Position numbers and translations under genes: made by a program. From Lytechinus pictus (taxonomy: Eukaryota), in contig NC_087263.1 of NCBI RefSeq assembly GCF_037042905.1, positions 15,626,001 to 15,690,000 on the forward strand: a stretch of DNA of 64,000 bases. The letters are read 5' to 3'. The notes below the pieces were generated by a model. It made no database searches. It was not told the origin of the DNA and was given only the letters and a program-made list of their open reading frames with translations. This document shows, piece by piece, positions 11,101-23,543 of this stretch (its first letter is position 1; each line of letters opens with the position of its first letter).

Positions 11101-11827
11101 ATTGTAATGTGGTATGGGCTTCTCTACATGCTTCTAAGTTATTAAGAATATATTGCCTACAAAAGAAAGCCCTTCGCATATGTGCTAATGCCCATTACCT
11201 AGCTTCTTCCCTACCCTTATTTCGCCGTTTTTCAACATTGAATGTGTATGACTCTAACAAATTATCGGATGCTTCATTGATGCAAAAGTTCTTTACCAAA
11301 CGTCTCCCTCCTTATCTAACTCAAATGTTTTGTTTAAATGTGAATGTTCATTCTTATTCTACCCAACAGTCAACCAACTTTCACCTCTGGAAAACAGAAA
11401 CCAATAATCTCTAAAAGTCAGTCCTTCATCTTGGCCTAATTATTTGGAATTCCTTGCCTCCTGAAATTCAACACACACAATTCAATTCACTTTTTAAAAA
11501 AACGATTGAAAAAATTCTTCCTCTCCAACCTAAATAACTATTAAACAATTTTCCACTCGGCATTTTAGAGGGCCGGAGTGTGGCGTCGCATTTTTTTTAT
11601 TTATCCCTCTCAGACCGGTTGCTTGCATTTATCAAACACAGCCTCATTTTCTTGTTTGTTTTTTCTTAATTGTTCACTTAGTGACCAGCTGGCATGTCGT
11701 CAGTGTTTTGGTTTGAAAGAAAGTACTGACGACGTGCCCGCCGATCATCGCAATCAAACTCTAATGTTACTGTTGTGGCGACGCATTCCGGTACTCTGTT
11801 CTATTTGTAAATCATTTTCTATAATCA

Positions 11828-12783
11828 TTTTTGTCTCACCTGCATAGCAGAGTGAGACTATAGGCGCCGCTTTTCCGACGGCGACGGCGGCGGCGGCGTC
11901 AACACCAAATCTTAACCTGAGGTTAAGTTTTTGAAATGACAGCATAACTTAGAAAGTATATGGACCTAGTTCATGAAACTTGGCCATAAGGTTAATCAAG
12001 TATTACTGAACATCCTGCCTGAGTTTCATGTCACATGACCAAGGTCAAAGGTCATTTAGGGTCAATGAACTTAGACCATGTTGGGGGAATCAACATCAAA
12101 ATCTTAACCTAAGGTTAAGTTTTTGAAATGTCATCATAAATTAGAAAATATATGGACCTAGTTCATGAAACTTATACATAAGGTTAATCAAGTATCACTG
12201 AACATCCTGCATGAGTTTCACGTCACATGACCAAGGTCAAAGGTCATTTAGGGTCAATGAACTTTGGCCGAATTGGGGGTATCTGTTGAATTACCATCAT
12301 AGTTTTGAAAGTTTATGGATCTGATTCATGAAACTTGGACATAATAGTAATCAAGTATTACTGAACATCCTGTGCAAGTTTCAGGTCACATGATCAAGGT
12401 CAAAGGTCATTTAGGGTCAATGAACTTTGGCCAAATTGGGGTATTTGTTGAATTACAGCCATAAATTTGAAAGTGTTGGTCTAGTTCATAAAACTTGGAC
12501 ATAAGAGTAATCAAGTATCACTGAACATCCTGTGCGAGTTTCAGGTCACATGATCAAGGTCAAAGGTCATGTTAGGTCAAAGAACTTTGGCCACGTTGGG
12601 GGTATTTGTTGAATTGCCATCATATCTCTATAAGTGTATTGGTCTAATTCATAAAACGTGGAAATACGAGTAACCAAGTATCACTGAACATCTTGTGCGA
12701 GTTATAGTAGTTTTCAAAATCAGCACTGCTGCTATATTGAATCGCGTGATGCAGGTGAGACGGCCAGAGGCATTCCACTTGTT
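11828..12783 (+). mobile_element. HINE/DINE-1-like (Helentron-associated) element with internal ~165-190 bp tandem repeats
   Basis: T-rich start; subTIR GTCTCACCTGCAT (11833-11845) and ATGCAGGTGAGAC (12749-12761); adjacent IR (gtgagac); (GGC)n microsatellite; ~4.5 core repeats; 3' short palindrome gcc-aga-ggc. Confidence 0.8.
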
Positions 12784-13408
12784 ATGTTTTATTCTTGGTT
12801 TCCCTTTTTTCAAGCCTTTGAGACTTTTTGGGATACTTTTTTCTTTCATTATTTTTTTTTCAAATCTCATCTTAATGTTTCATGATTATGTTTGTATATT
12901 TATGTTCAAAATAATGTATGATATTTGTATGTTTTTACATGTATATATTATTGAAAGAAATAAATGAGAGTATTTCCACTCTCCCTCAATAAAAAAAAGA
13001 AAAATTGAAATCTCACAATGTAAAACAAACATGTTAGGCTTCCGTTGATTTTAGCATACAGATCAAGACCCAAGTTACACTAGACTTCAGTGTACGGGCC
13101 CAGTATTATGTTTAAAAAAATTATGTTTCTGCATAAAAACATTACATATCGATAAGACCATCTGTAAAGATCGCATTTCTTGCCTTCCATGAATGTTTGA
13201 ATGTATATTTGTTTCACTGTAATTTATTATGGTAATTGTAATCACCCCTGTGCAGTGTTTCACAAAGCATCTTGTCATTGATTTTCACTTGCCAAATTTG
13301 CTCTTAACCAATCAGATGGAAGGATTTCAGTAGCTTATAACAGGTGTCAATAATAGTCATTGACTATTTGCTTCATGAAATGCTCTCCTGATCATTTCTA
13401 CAACATAG

Positions 13409-13524
13409 ATCCACCAAATCCTGGCAATGTGACAGACGTCGAACCTGGTCGATTCGGCGTTGAATTCAGCTTCAGCCCTGGGCAACCTGCAGATGCTGTC
13501 AACTTCTATGAGATATACGGCGAG
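13409..13524 (+). CDS. FN3-repeat gene exon (5' half domain)
   Basis: catag acceptor (phase 1) and gtattg donor (phase 0). PPNPGNVTDVEPGRFGVEFSFSPGQPADAVNFYEIYGE; absent from the ORF track. Confidence 0.8.
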
Positions 13525-13999
13525 GTATTGTAGTTTATATTCATATTGATGAATGTCTCATTGTTTCATGGTATCATTGTGTCATCTTGTGTCATTTTCC
13601 CAGTGTACATATATTTCATTGTGTCATTTTTTTCTATATATTCTATTATTGCATTGTCTTGAATCATTTTCCAATGTATTTTGATCGTCATATTGTCATT
13701 GTTGCTTTGGTGCATTATTCCTTGCCAACAAATTTTGTCATTGTGTTTTCTCTTTGTGTCATTTTCCTCAAAGTATTTTGTCGTTGCACTTTCTCATTGT
13801 TTTTTTCAAGTAATATATGTTTTTGATTTGTATAATTTTCCCCAATGGATTTTCTTATTCCATTGTCTTGTTTAATTTCCCAGTGTATTTGACATTGCAC
13901 CATCTCTGTCCTTTTTCCCCAAATGAATTTTGTCACTGTATTTTCCCATTGTGTCATTTTCCCATTGTATTTTGACTTTGCATTGTCTCCTTGTGCTTT

Positions 14000-14316
14000 G
14001 GGGGCATTGTTGTGTAGTGGTTTTGACTTTCGTCATTCAATCTGAGGGACGTCGGTTCGATTCCCAGCCATGGCGTGTTTTCCATCAGCAAGAAATTTAC
14101 CCACATTCTGCTGCACTCGACCCAGGTGACATGAGTGGGTACCCAGTTGGAAGAAATTCCTTGACTGCTCGAGAGCCCGATCAAGGTAGCTGTGCTAAAG
14201 CCGGGGAAATGATGACACTATCATGTTAAGTAGTGCCCATTGAAAGAACAGTTTTGGGAATTGAAATGGCTGCCCTGGGTAAAATATGACATTATTATTA
14301 TTGTTATTATTATTAT
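14000..14316 (+). mobile_element. tRNA-derived SINE (diverged)
   Basis: GGTTCGATTCCCAGCCATGG...CAGCAAGAAATTTACCCAC...; (ATT)n tail. Confidence 0.82.
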
Positions 14317-14343
14317 GGGGTGATGTTTGCCTTTATCTTCTAG

Positions 14344-14554
14344 GATGATGGTTCTTCAAGAATCCTGGGCAACCCCTCTTGTTGCAACCAGGTATTGCTT
14401 GCATCCATTCCTGCCGCTGCTCCTCTGACCTTTGAAGCTACGGGACTTAATCCAAATACACCTTACGTCTATGAGATAAGATCTCTCCTGGACAGTGCTG
14501 GTGACTTTCCCATGCAAAGAAGTAATAAAGTACAGCTAGTTGAATTCACGACAG
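14344..14554 (+). CDS. FN3-repeat gene exon (3' half domain)
   Basis: ctag acceptor (phase 0) matches the previous exon. ...TFEATGLNPNTPYVYEIRS...; gtaata donor (phase 1). Confidence 0.85.
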
Positions 14555-15002
14555 GTAATAGTTGGAATTATAAACCTCACAGTATACATGTATGTGTTAT
14601 TGTATAGTGTAGTCCTATGATTGGTCCAATGTGCAGTTATTGAAATTGCTATCGACTGCAAGGCAGTCTAGAGGAAAATGTAAATTCCTTGTATGCCTTC
14701 TTGTAATAGGAGTTGTTTTGATGGTCTGTTGATTTAAATGCCTTATTGGTTCAAACTTTTCTTTTCACTTTTTTTTTTGCTTTTCCATAGCTCCACCCCC
14801 TTATTTTTTATCAATTGAACTTCGTACTTTACAATTACCATTATTGTTTCAAAATCCTTATTATTATGATCATTGTTGATATTGTTAGTTTTTCATCATT
14901 AAATATATCTTGACTATCATAATTTGTACTATAGTCATGTATCACTCTTACTAGTTCACCCCTAAAACAAATTGACAGTTTCCTTCCAATTTTTGCTTTC
15001 AG

Positions 15003-15272
15003 CTTCACTCCCGCTTGGCGACCTCGACGTCCGCGACATAACAACCACCACAATCAACCTCATATGGCTCACGACAGGCTTAGAATCACTGGCATTCTTC
15101 ATCAGCTACAAGCAGGCGGATGCGAGTTCCTTCAACACTAGTTTTACAAGAACTGAGCCGGGGACCCAGTACGCGGAATTCACGCTGGAGTCCCTGCTGC
15201 CCGGTGAATTGTACACTGTTAGAATACAGAATGGAGAAAATGACCTCAACGATGAAATCACGCAGAGAACCC
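15003..15272 (+). CDS. FN3-repeat gene exon
   Basis: ttcag acceptor and gtaagt donor, phase 1-1. DVRDITTTTINLIW...LESLLPGELYTVRIQ. Confidence 0.9.
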
Positions 15273-16172
15273 GTAAGTATGACTGAAACGTGAACGTCAG
15301 TTTCATAAAGATGTTTGTAAGTTATGAATAGCTTTGTGCACGACTGGTGAGCATTTCTTGTCTTGTGCTTAATGGTGTATGCCTATGTAGCAGACCTAGT
15401 ACCCAAAACATGCTCGAGTCATGCATAAAGTTGTCTGTGACGTAATGTACTTCTTTATAAAATATCCATCACTGGTCGTAAAAATTAAAAAATGAGTTCG
15501 TAAAATAAAAGAATCTTGTAAAATGACAACCAAAGTGTGTATATGTATGAATAAAAAATATGTGCCAAATTGTTTCTGCGAATGTGTAATTACTGAGAAA
15601 CTAACAGAACTAGTGTGGCATTCTTGCAAGATATTTGGTCTTTTCCAAGCAGTAATAATACTACACTGCCCCTTATGTGTGTTAGTGATCTTAACTAAGT
15701 TCGTTTTTCAGATTGAATAATTTCACAGTATTTATGGTTTATGTTATTGTTTCTGTTATTGCTATAATTGGTGAAATTTTTTAGTGTATTTCTATATTAA
15801 CATTTTGTTTATTCGTAACTGCAAAACGTAAAGAAAACTACTATTATGCGCTTAAAAAGTACCCTACATATTGTTATGATTATTATGTAAATAAACATTA
15901 ATATCTAGATCTACCTTTCTGTGGTGACAACTAATTCTAGTTAGGGTCAAAGGCCTCTTGTCATAGGATAGAACTGCAATGGAAGGTCCTCATGTGATTG
16001 GGAAATGTTGATTATAACATGCATAATTAATCCATGTAAGATTTTGAAATCGCCAAAATAATCAGAAATAAACCAGTATTTTTGTGATCCATTTTATTTT
16101 ATGATTTTTCAAGAATTCATTTTGATTTTTGCACGGTGGCTCATTCCTTCTCACTTACCTGGTTGTTTCCAG

Positions 16173-16454
16173 GTCCGAATTCTATCACGCGATTGACGAC
16201 GACCGCCCGCACATCCACCAGCCTCTCCCTGGAATGGGGTGCAGCTGACGGTGTTCTCTCCTACTATGAAGTTGTTTACGACCCCCCAACCATCTATTTT
16301 CCACGACGAACCAAAGTGCGAGCAGAGGAACCACTCAATCTCACTCTTTCTGGACTGTTCCCTAATACAACTTACACTGTTATCGTGGTAACGTGGTCTG
16401 GCACTAGTGCCGACGAAACATCTAGCACTCCATTCATTGGCTCGTTCCAGACAG
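16173..16454 (+). CDS. FN3-repeat gene exon
   Basis: tccag acceptor and gtatgc donor, phase 1-1. TSTSLSLEWGAADGVLSYYEVVY...LSGLFPNTTYTVIVVT. Confidence 0.92.
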
Positions 16455-16714
16455 GTATGCAAGCAATCTAAAATCTCTGGAATTAAGCTCAGGTTCAATT
16501 CTAGACTGAACAAGAATTTGAGTCGATACAGGTATTCATGAAGTCCTCTGAAAGGGGGAGCATTTCATCATCATTTTTGTCCCACAAGCTGTCAGACCTG
16601 ATAACTTCTAGATTGTCATTGGCTGAGAAGAACTGTTGCTGTGGTAACTGTCAGATATAATGGGACTTGTCTGATAAAATGTCCAAATCCTTTCATGAAA
16701 AACTCCCCAGGAAT

Positions 16715-18850
16715 GTAGTGACATCTCCAGAATCCTTACAGAGTTACTAACCATCTCAAAAAATTCTTGTTTTCCATTTGATTTAGTGCAAGCCCCACCG
16801 CTGACACTTGTCCTCCTATTTGTCAACAAGACTCAAGCCCACTTCACCTAGGGCTAAGCTGCTGGGGTAAACACCTACAATGTTGAAGTGACACGTCCTG
16901 AATCCTTACAGAGTTACTAACCACCTCTAAAAAATTGTTTTCCAATTTGATTTATTCCAAGAACAACCGCTTACACTGGTCCTCCTATTTGTCAACAAGA
17001 CTCAAGCCCAATTCACCTGGGGGTTTGCTGGTCATGTGAACACTTTCTTGGCTATCTTGATGTATTAGCATCAGCTTAAAAATCCTGAAAACCTCATGCC
17101 AGTCAGTGCTAAATATTGTATTTATAATTACAATAGCAGAAACAATGATTTTGAATTTCAGTTATGGACAAGGCACTACCTGCCTTTGAAACTTTCTTGC
17201 TTTCCATGATTTGATTTAGTGCAAGCTGAACCACTGACGCTCATCCTATTTGTCAACAAGACTCAACCCCACTTAATCTGGGGCTTGGCTGCTGTGGTAA
17301 ACACGTACAGTGTTGAAGTGACATCTCTAGAATCTTTACAGAGTTACAAACCACTTCAAAAAATTGTTTTCAATTTGATTTAGTCCAAGAACAAACCACT
17401 GACGCTCATCCTATTTGTCAACAAGACTCAAACCCACTTAATCTGGGGCTTGGCTGCTGTGGTAAACACGTACAGTGTTGAAGTGACATCTCCAGAATCT
17501 TTACAGAGTTACTAACCACTTCTAAAAAATTGTTTTCAATTTGATTTAGTCCAAGAACAAACCCTGACACTCATCCTATTTGTCAACAAGACTCGAACAA
17601 ACTTAATCTTGGGCTTGGCTGCTGGGGTTAACAAGTACAGTGTTGAAGTGATATCTCCAGAATACTTACAGAGTTACTAACCACTTCTAAAAAAATGTTT
17701 TCAATTTGATTTAGTCCAAGAACAATCCCTGACACTTATCATATTTGTCAACAAGACTCTAAACCACTTAATCTAGGGTTTGGCTGCTGTGGTAAACAAG
17801 TACAGTGTTGAAGTGATATCTCGAGAATCTTTACACAGTTACTAACCACCTCTAAAAAATTGTTTTCCAATTTGATTTACTCCAAGAACAACCGCTTACA
17901 CTGGTCCTCCTATTTGTCAACAAGACTCAAGCCCAATTCACCTGGGGGTTTGCTGATCGTGTGAACACTTTCTTGGCTATCTTGATATATGTGCACCAGC
18001 TTAAATATCCTGAAAACCTCATGCCAATCACTGCTAAATATTTTAGTTATAATTACAACGATAGCAGAAACAATAATTTTGAATTTCAGTAATGGACAAG
18101 GCGCTACCTGCCTTTGAAACTTTCTTGTTTTCCATGATTTGATTTAGTGCAAGCTGAACCACTGACGCTCATCCTATTTGTCAACAAGACTCGAACCCAC
18201 TTAATCTGGGGCTTGGCTGCTGGGGCAAACACGTACAGTGTTGAATTGACATCTCCAGAATCTTTACAGAGTTACTAACCACCTCTAACAAAATTGTTTT
18301 TCATGATACATAGTCCAAGAACAACTGCTGACACTTGTCCTCCTATTTGTCAACAAGACTCAAGCCCAATTCACCTGGGGGTTTTCTGGTCGTGTGAACA
18401 CTTTCTTGGCTATCTTGATATATGTGCACCAGCTTAAATATCCTGAAAACCTCATGCCGATCAGTGCTAAATATTTTAGATATAATTACAACGATAGCAG
18501 AAATATCCCATTTTAATCTCGAGAATCTTTACAGAGTTACTAACCACCTCTAACAAAAATTGTTTTTCATGATACATAGTCCAAGAACAACCACTGACGC
18601 TCATCCTATTTGTCAACAAGACTCGAACCCACTTAATCTAGGGTTTGGCTGCTGGGGTAAACACGTACACTGTTGAAGTGACACCTCCAGAATCTTTACA
18701 GAGTTACTAACCACCTCTAAAATATTGTTTTTCATTATACATAGTCCAAGAATAACCGCTGACACTTATCCTCTTATTTGTCAATGAGACTCGAGCCCAC
18801 TTCACCTGGGGGTCGGCTGCTGGGATAAACACTTCAGTGTTGAGGTGACA
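16715..18850 (+). repeat. Exon-derived tandem array: 11 copies of intron 3' end plus 5' half of an FN3 exon (~170 bp; three copies longer)
   Basis: Core ctatttgtcaacaagact recurs 11 times, usually preceded by gttactaacca...ttag/atag; the last copy runs on into the full exon. Confidence 0.9.
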
Positions 18851-19010
18851 TCCTCTGCACAGGACAGTCAGATGAAAACTCCAGTAGAGGTCCTGCCTGG
18901 AGCTGCTCCTTCATCTGTGAGTGGCGAGCTGATGCCGGGTACCTTGTCTGTTGCCAATGTTCGAGCTGCTGGAGGACCAGGACCTGGTCCCGACCTACTC
19001 TTCAGAACGA
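18745..19010 (+). pseudogene. Disrupted FN3 exon (last visible exon of the + strand gene)
   Basis: catag acceptor and gtaagt donor are intact. The fourth codon is TAA (CAA in sibling copies), and a 1-nt deletion near 18834 shifts the frame before VTSSAQ...ELMPGTLSVANVRA. Confidence 0.78.
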
Positions 19011-19599
19011 GTAAGTCTTCATTATTTTCCCTTTGCGCAAGAGACCAATTCAGAGTCATCTCGTGGGCAAGTTTTCATTAGGATATGCAAATTTCAAAGC
19101 AAGATATTGGGGTGTAACTTAGCTCTGTCGGGGCAGCGTTCTCCCGTCTCGCAGTCTCCAGAACCCAGTCCACGCTGTTCTTCACTCATATACTTGTTTT
19201 GGGGGAAGATTCTCTCACAAAAGTCTATTGTGCAACCTGATACGTCTCTCTTCCTCTCATACCTCTCTGAAATACATGCAGAATGAAGCACTAACACTCA
19301 CCTTATAAGTCTTAGTTTTTTAATCGGATCTAACTATTCACAACCGCATGTCATCGCAGCGAACTGACGTACCTCTCCATAAACGCAAGTATCACAACAT
19401 CAAAAATTCGCCTTCTGTGATCAAATTATGACATAACCTAAAGGTACAACTCATTATGCTACACAGCCCCTCCCCAAGTCTGAGCTGTCCTCGGACCACA
19501 TGTAAAAATAAAAAGCCTAAAAACATATCCTTTTAAAACTCTTAGCCAGTTTCCGTCCCTAACCTTGATAGGACAGGGCCATTGTTACCTCACTCGATT

Positions 19600-21482
19600 C
19601 CGTCGGGAACGTAACTGTTGAGGTATCATGTCTGGCGATGTCTGTTGTTTCAGAGCATCTAGACCGAAATCTCTTGATCGTCGTTTACACGTAAGATCAT
19701 GACAGAGACATTGTTCGCCAGCTCACCTCTGGCGTATGCTTGCTGCGGCTAGGGATTGCTCCGCTCAGCGGACATCCATCGCAGTCTAGCCTTACGGGCC
19801 CTCTCGGCGATGGTGGCTTCAGCTAAGCCACGTCCCGCCGCAGGTGCTTTATTTAGTACGGGAGAAAGGGGATCCGGGGTCCTCTCTTGATCGCTCGGTC
19901 TATCACACTTGTTATGTCGTGATGCGTGCCGCGTTTTTTCTCCGACACGCCCGGTTGAGCTGTTTTGACCAGACTGTTCTATTCTACATAGACAGCAGGT
20001 CCGTGGCATTTTCTTATTAACAGGATGGCACTCAGTCGCTTTTCTCGACACATTGACTGCCTTACGAGTGGTTTACTTCAACCTTACTCTCTGTCGTTCC
20101 ATGTCCTTACCGGACCGCTGGAAACGTCCTGCCACAGCTCTCTATCAGAATTCTGCAGATGTTCTGCCCTCACGCATTTGAGACAGATATCGAATTCTGG
20201 GCGCTTTCTCCCACGCGGGGGCTTCTGAAATATCTCGCATTCCTTACGTTTGCATGGTTGCGGCTTGGCTTAAATTATTAAGCCGGTGACTTGACCGTGG
20301 CTTTTATTAACCCCGCTGTTGCCTTCTCAGATTGATTGATTGATCACTTACTGAACCGTAAAAGTTTCAGTCTTCCGATCACGATTCTTGTCGAAATTTT
20401 CAACAAAATCGGATCGTTTTTTGATCATCGGCAATTATCATCCCTCCGGTTACGGATGATTAACCCCTTCAATCCGAATCTTACAAACTCTTGAGTTATT
20501 CTCAAACGTTGAGCTTGTATGGCTTAGTCCGTCATGGCACCTGTCGGTCGTTCTTGACGCTTGACTAACTCCCTCTTGGGTCGGTATTCAGGGTATCTTT
20601 TGTCTGTCTATCAGTCGAGATCCCTCCTGTATCTGTTTATATGTAACCATTTACAGTACAAAGCTTTGCATACTTATGCATCGCTCCCGGACCGTTGCCG
20701 GGATTGGCTTAGATTAGGTGTGACTTCTAACCCTTGTCTTTGTTTGCCATTCTTCAGACAATTCCCAACTCTGTGCAGTTGGTTGTTTTGTCGCGCGAGC
20801 CGTTTGCGGCAGCTTCTCGAGACATCTTTTCACGCTGGATTGTTGAAACGATCAAGTCAGTTGGTGATGATGTTCTCCTGACACTAGGCCGAGGGCCCAT
20901 GATACTATAGTATCATTCTTCTTGGGCTCTTTCTATGGAATCATCGTATACGACATCTTGAGGACTGCCTTTTTGACGCTCTTCTATTCCTTCACTTCCT
21001 TGTTCTTAAGGACTTTACTTCGCATGAGGCCTTATTTGCCTCCTCTGTCCTTAAGGCATCGACCTTCGTGTCTTCATCTCCCTATTTTTTACGCACTTCT
21101 TAGTCTAGACATGCCTCCCTTCACGTTGAATCCGTGTTGGTCTAGCAAATCAAATGAGTATATCCCAGTTATTGATAGTAAATTATGAAAATACTTACCA
21201 TGATTTTCTTATTTACGAGATAACTGGATATACTCATTTGAACCCCCCCACCGACCCCTCGCCTTGCATGGCAACATGTCTTGCGTTCAGGTTCATAAGA
21301 GGAAATGGACGCCTATTTGCGTGATGATCTTGGGATAGTGCGTGCGTAGGGAGATGCTGTGCACGCGCAGGAAAAATTGTGTACTTTTATTCGGCGTGCA
21401 AGTTAATCGTAATGAACTAGCAAATCAAATGACTATATCCAGTTATCTCGTAAATAAGGAAATCATGGTAAGTATTTTCATA
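19600..21482 (+). mobile_element. Decayed DIRS-like tyrosine-recombinase retrotransposon (YR remnant plus 3' ICR/ITR)
   Basis: Frameshifted YR motifs PSWHLSVVLDA, ASRDIFSRWIVETIK, AHDT, SSWAL, ILRTAF, SFTSLFL. 21185-21240 is complementary to the terminal repeat 21425-21481 ending ggtaagtattttcat. Left boundary uncertain. Confidence 0.65.
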
Positions 21483-21617
21483 GTTGTCTAACTTGCGGTA
21501 GTCAACAAAGAACCTCTTCGAAACGTCCTTCTTCTTCACAAGAACAACATTGGAAGCCCATGGACTGGATGATGGCTCTATCCTGCCATTCGCCAGCATG
21601 TCCTTGATCTGCCGATC
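21483..21617 (-). mobile_element. Short Gypsy RT remnant
   Basis: MLANGRIEPSSSPWASNVVLVKKKD..RFFVDYRKL. Confidence 0.8.
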
Positions 21618-22379
21618 ATAACTTAATCACCAATACAATAGACAACTGAACTACCAATTTAAAGCTTAGAATCTCCTCTTTCATCTGATATTACTTAGAT
21701 TATTCCTCGTTTATGCATGAGTGAGCAAAAACAATTTGAAGAAAGGATACCAAAACTCATTTGGCGGGGGGTATCTGAATTTCAAAAAGAAAATCACATG
21801 CATAAAAAGTTCAATATCTGCTCTTTTATTTGATACCTTAATCACAAAAAATGGTCAAGAAGTAAAAAAGTTATGTTCCCTCAAAACAATGCTTGTATTT
21901 CCATAATTTCATGAAATAAACGTGTTTTCACCGGTTTCCCAAAAAAGCTATCGCATGGATAACAAAAGACTTAATGCGTGGCTGATCGTCAACAAAACAG
22001 AGTGTTTGAACGCAAGCCTATAAAACCTCTTCATTTTATGAAATTATTGAAATTCAAGCCTTATTTAAAAAAACCAGAGCTTTGTTATTTCTAAACCATT
22101 TTCTGTAATTGAGGTATCAAATTAAAGAGCAGATATTGAACTTTTTAAAAATGTGGTTTTCTTTTTGAAACCCAGATACAGCCCACCAAATGACTTTTTT
22201 GTATCTGCTCTTCAAATTGTTTTTTCTCACTCATGTGTGAATGAGAAATAATCTAAGTAATATCAGATGAAAGAGGAGATTCTAAGCTTTACAATGGTAG
22301 GTCATTTGTCTATTGTGTTTGTGATTAAGTTATGATAAATTATCGCTAAATCTCGGTTTCGTTTTTGTGGGACGCACTG
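21618..22379. mobile_element. Non-autonomous Tc1/mariner-like element with long inverted repeats; left tip missing
   Basis: 21618-21830 is the reverse complement of ~22110-22334; the right end is ...gggacgcactg|TA. Confidence 0.72.
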
Positions 22380-23183
22380 TACAGCATGTTTAGAAAATAT
22401 TTTGAACAAAAATGCATTTAAGATATTGATATTGCTGGCTTTCCATAGTTGTGGTTGATCTTTTTGTAAGGCAGGGCCCAGGAGGGTGATTCATAAAGCT
22501 GTTTGTAAAGTCACGCAAAACTCTACGTATGGCTGGAACATATCTTAGGTTCTACTGTACATGTATATACTTTTTATCTTGTAGCATGAGAAAGGGTCCC
22601 TTTTTTTAGATTGTTCTTTGGGCCTGATGTTGCCATCATAAAATGATGAAAAGCGGCCCACGACTGCCACATAATAAACTATAATTAGATAATGTGACAA
22701 TAGTTAGATGGAATGGGCAGTCAACCCAAAACCAAATATAGCCAGGTGCCAAAACCACTGCTTCAGGGACTGAAACAAGTTCTTCCCTTCACAGCACGAA
22801 TGGGTGCAAGCTAGGGTTGTCATCCCCAAAGGAAGCCTGGGGCGGTATTCTGAGGTCATTTTATCTTTAAAATATCTTATTTTATCTCTTAAAATGAAAT
22901 TGGTATTCTGAGATGACATTTTATCTCTCAGATAAAATTAAAATTTTTATCTTGAGTACAAATTTTATCTTGCATATCTACAGATACGCAACAGAGTAGT
23001 GCCTGCGTAGACATACCCATTGCGTATCTGGCCATTGCAACACGGATGATTTGCTTGCGCCCATGTTACTTTGATGAAAAAATAAGATAAACTTAAAAGA
23101 GGGTAGGGGCTATTTTATCTCCGCAACATTGATTTCATCCTTATTTCTTAGTGAATTAACTCCAAATGTTGACATGAAAATGA

Positions 23184-23524
23184 ATTGGGTGTGGGTGTTT
23201 CATTTAGTCCGTGAATATTTTTCCTCTTCAATTGAAATATTATTCAAACTCTTAAATGTATTTTAAATATTCGAGTGTTTGATTAGGTTTTCCAATTAAG
23301 CTTTCGTAATTAATAATAGCTATTGATTTTCTCAAATCTCAAGTGTTCTTAGGAAGATGGGAATTAATAATCCACTCTATTGTTAACTGATATTGGAACA
23401 AGAACCTACTAATTAAATGCTATTATAAAATTTACTCAAAGTGTCAGGGTTATGTTGTACTGAGTATCCGTTCATAAGTCTACCTCTCTCTTTTCTTTCC
23501 GGACCCCAATATAGGGCTGTGACA
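23184..23524 (+). repeat. 5' LTR remnant (3' ~340 bp only)
   Basis: Matches 33429-33764 with scattered differences; ends gtgaCA. Confidence 0.9.
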
Positions 23525-23525
23525 A

Positions 23526-23543
23526 TGGGGGCTTGTCCGGGAG
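23526..23543 (+). promoter_or_regulatory. Primer binding site complementary to the tRNA-Pro 3' end
   Basis: TGGGGGCTTGTCCGGGAG directly after the LTR (canonical TGGGGGCTCGTCCGGGAT). Confidence 0.85.

Larger units (their letters stand above)
5920..12966 (+). mobile_element. Near full-length decayed L2/CR1-group (Crack/Daphne-like) LINE with two nested insertions
   Basis: ORF1 fragments (6082-6466, 8194-8688: KQYSRRQCLRIY, INRSHRI, IVKFSRY, IREDLT); APE endonuclease (HYNARSL, ATLIDNIF, SDHFPI); RT (DLSKAFDT, GVPQGSILGPLLFLIYIN, FADDT); many stops and frameshifts; aataaa at ~12959. 5' boundary approximate. Confidence 0.92.

Noticed and set aside
16715..18850. CRISPR-like or mutually exclusive exon array
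   Set aside because: No unique spacers or cas genes, and the context is eukaryotic. The copies are half-exons without donors, many with stops, so they cannot be Dscam-style cassettes as they stand.
19109..19400. Possible solo LTR beginning tgtaac
   Set aside because: No matching inverted end, TSD or second copy in the window.
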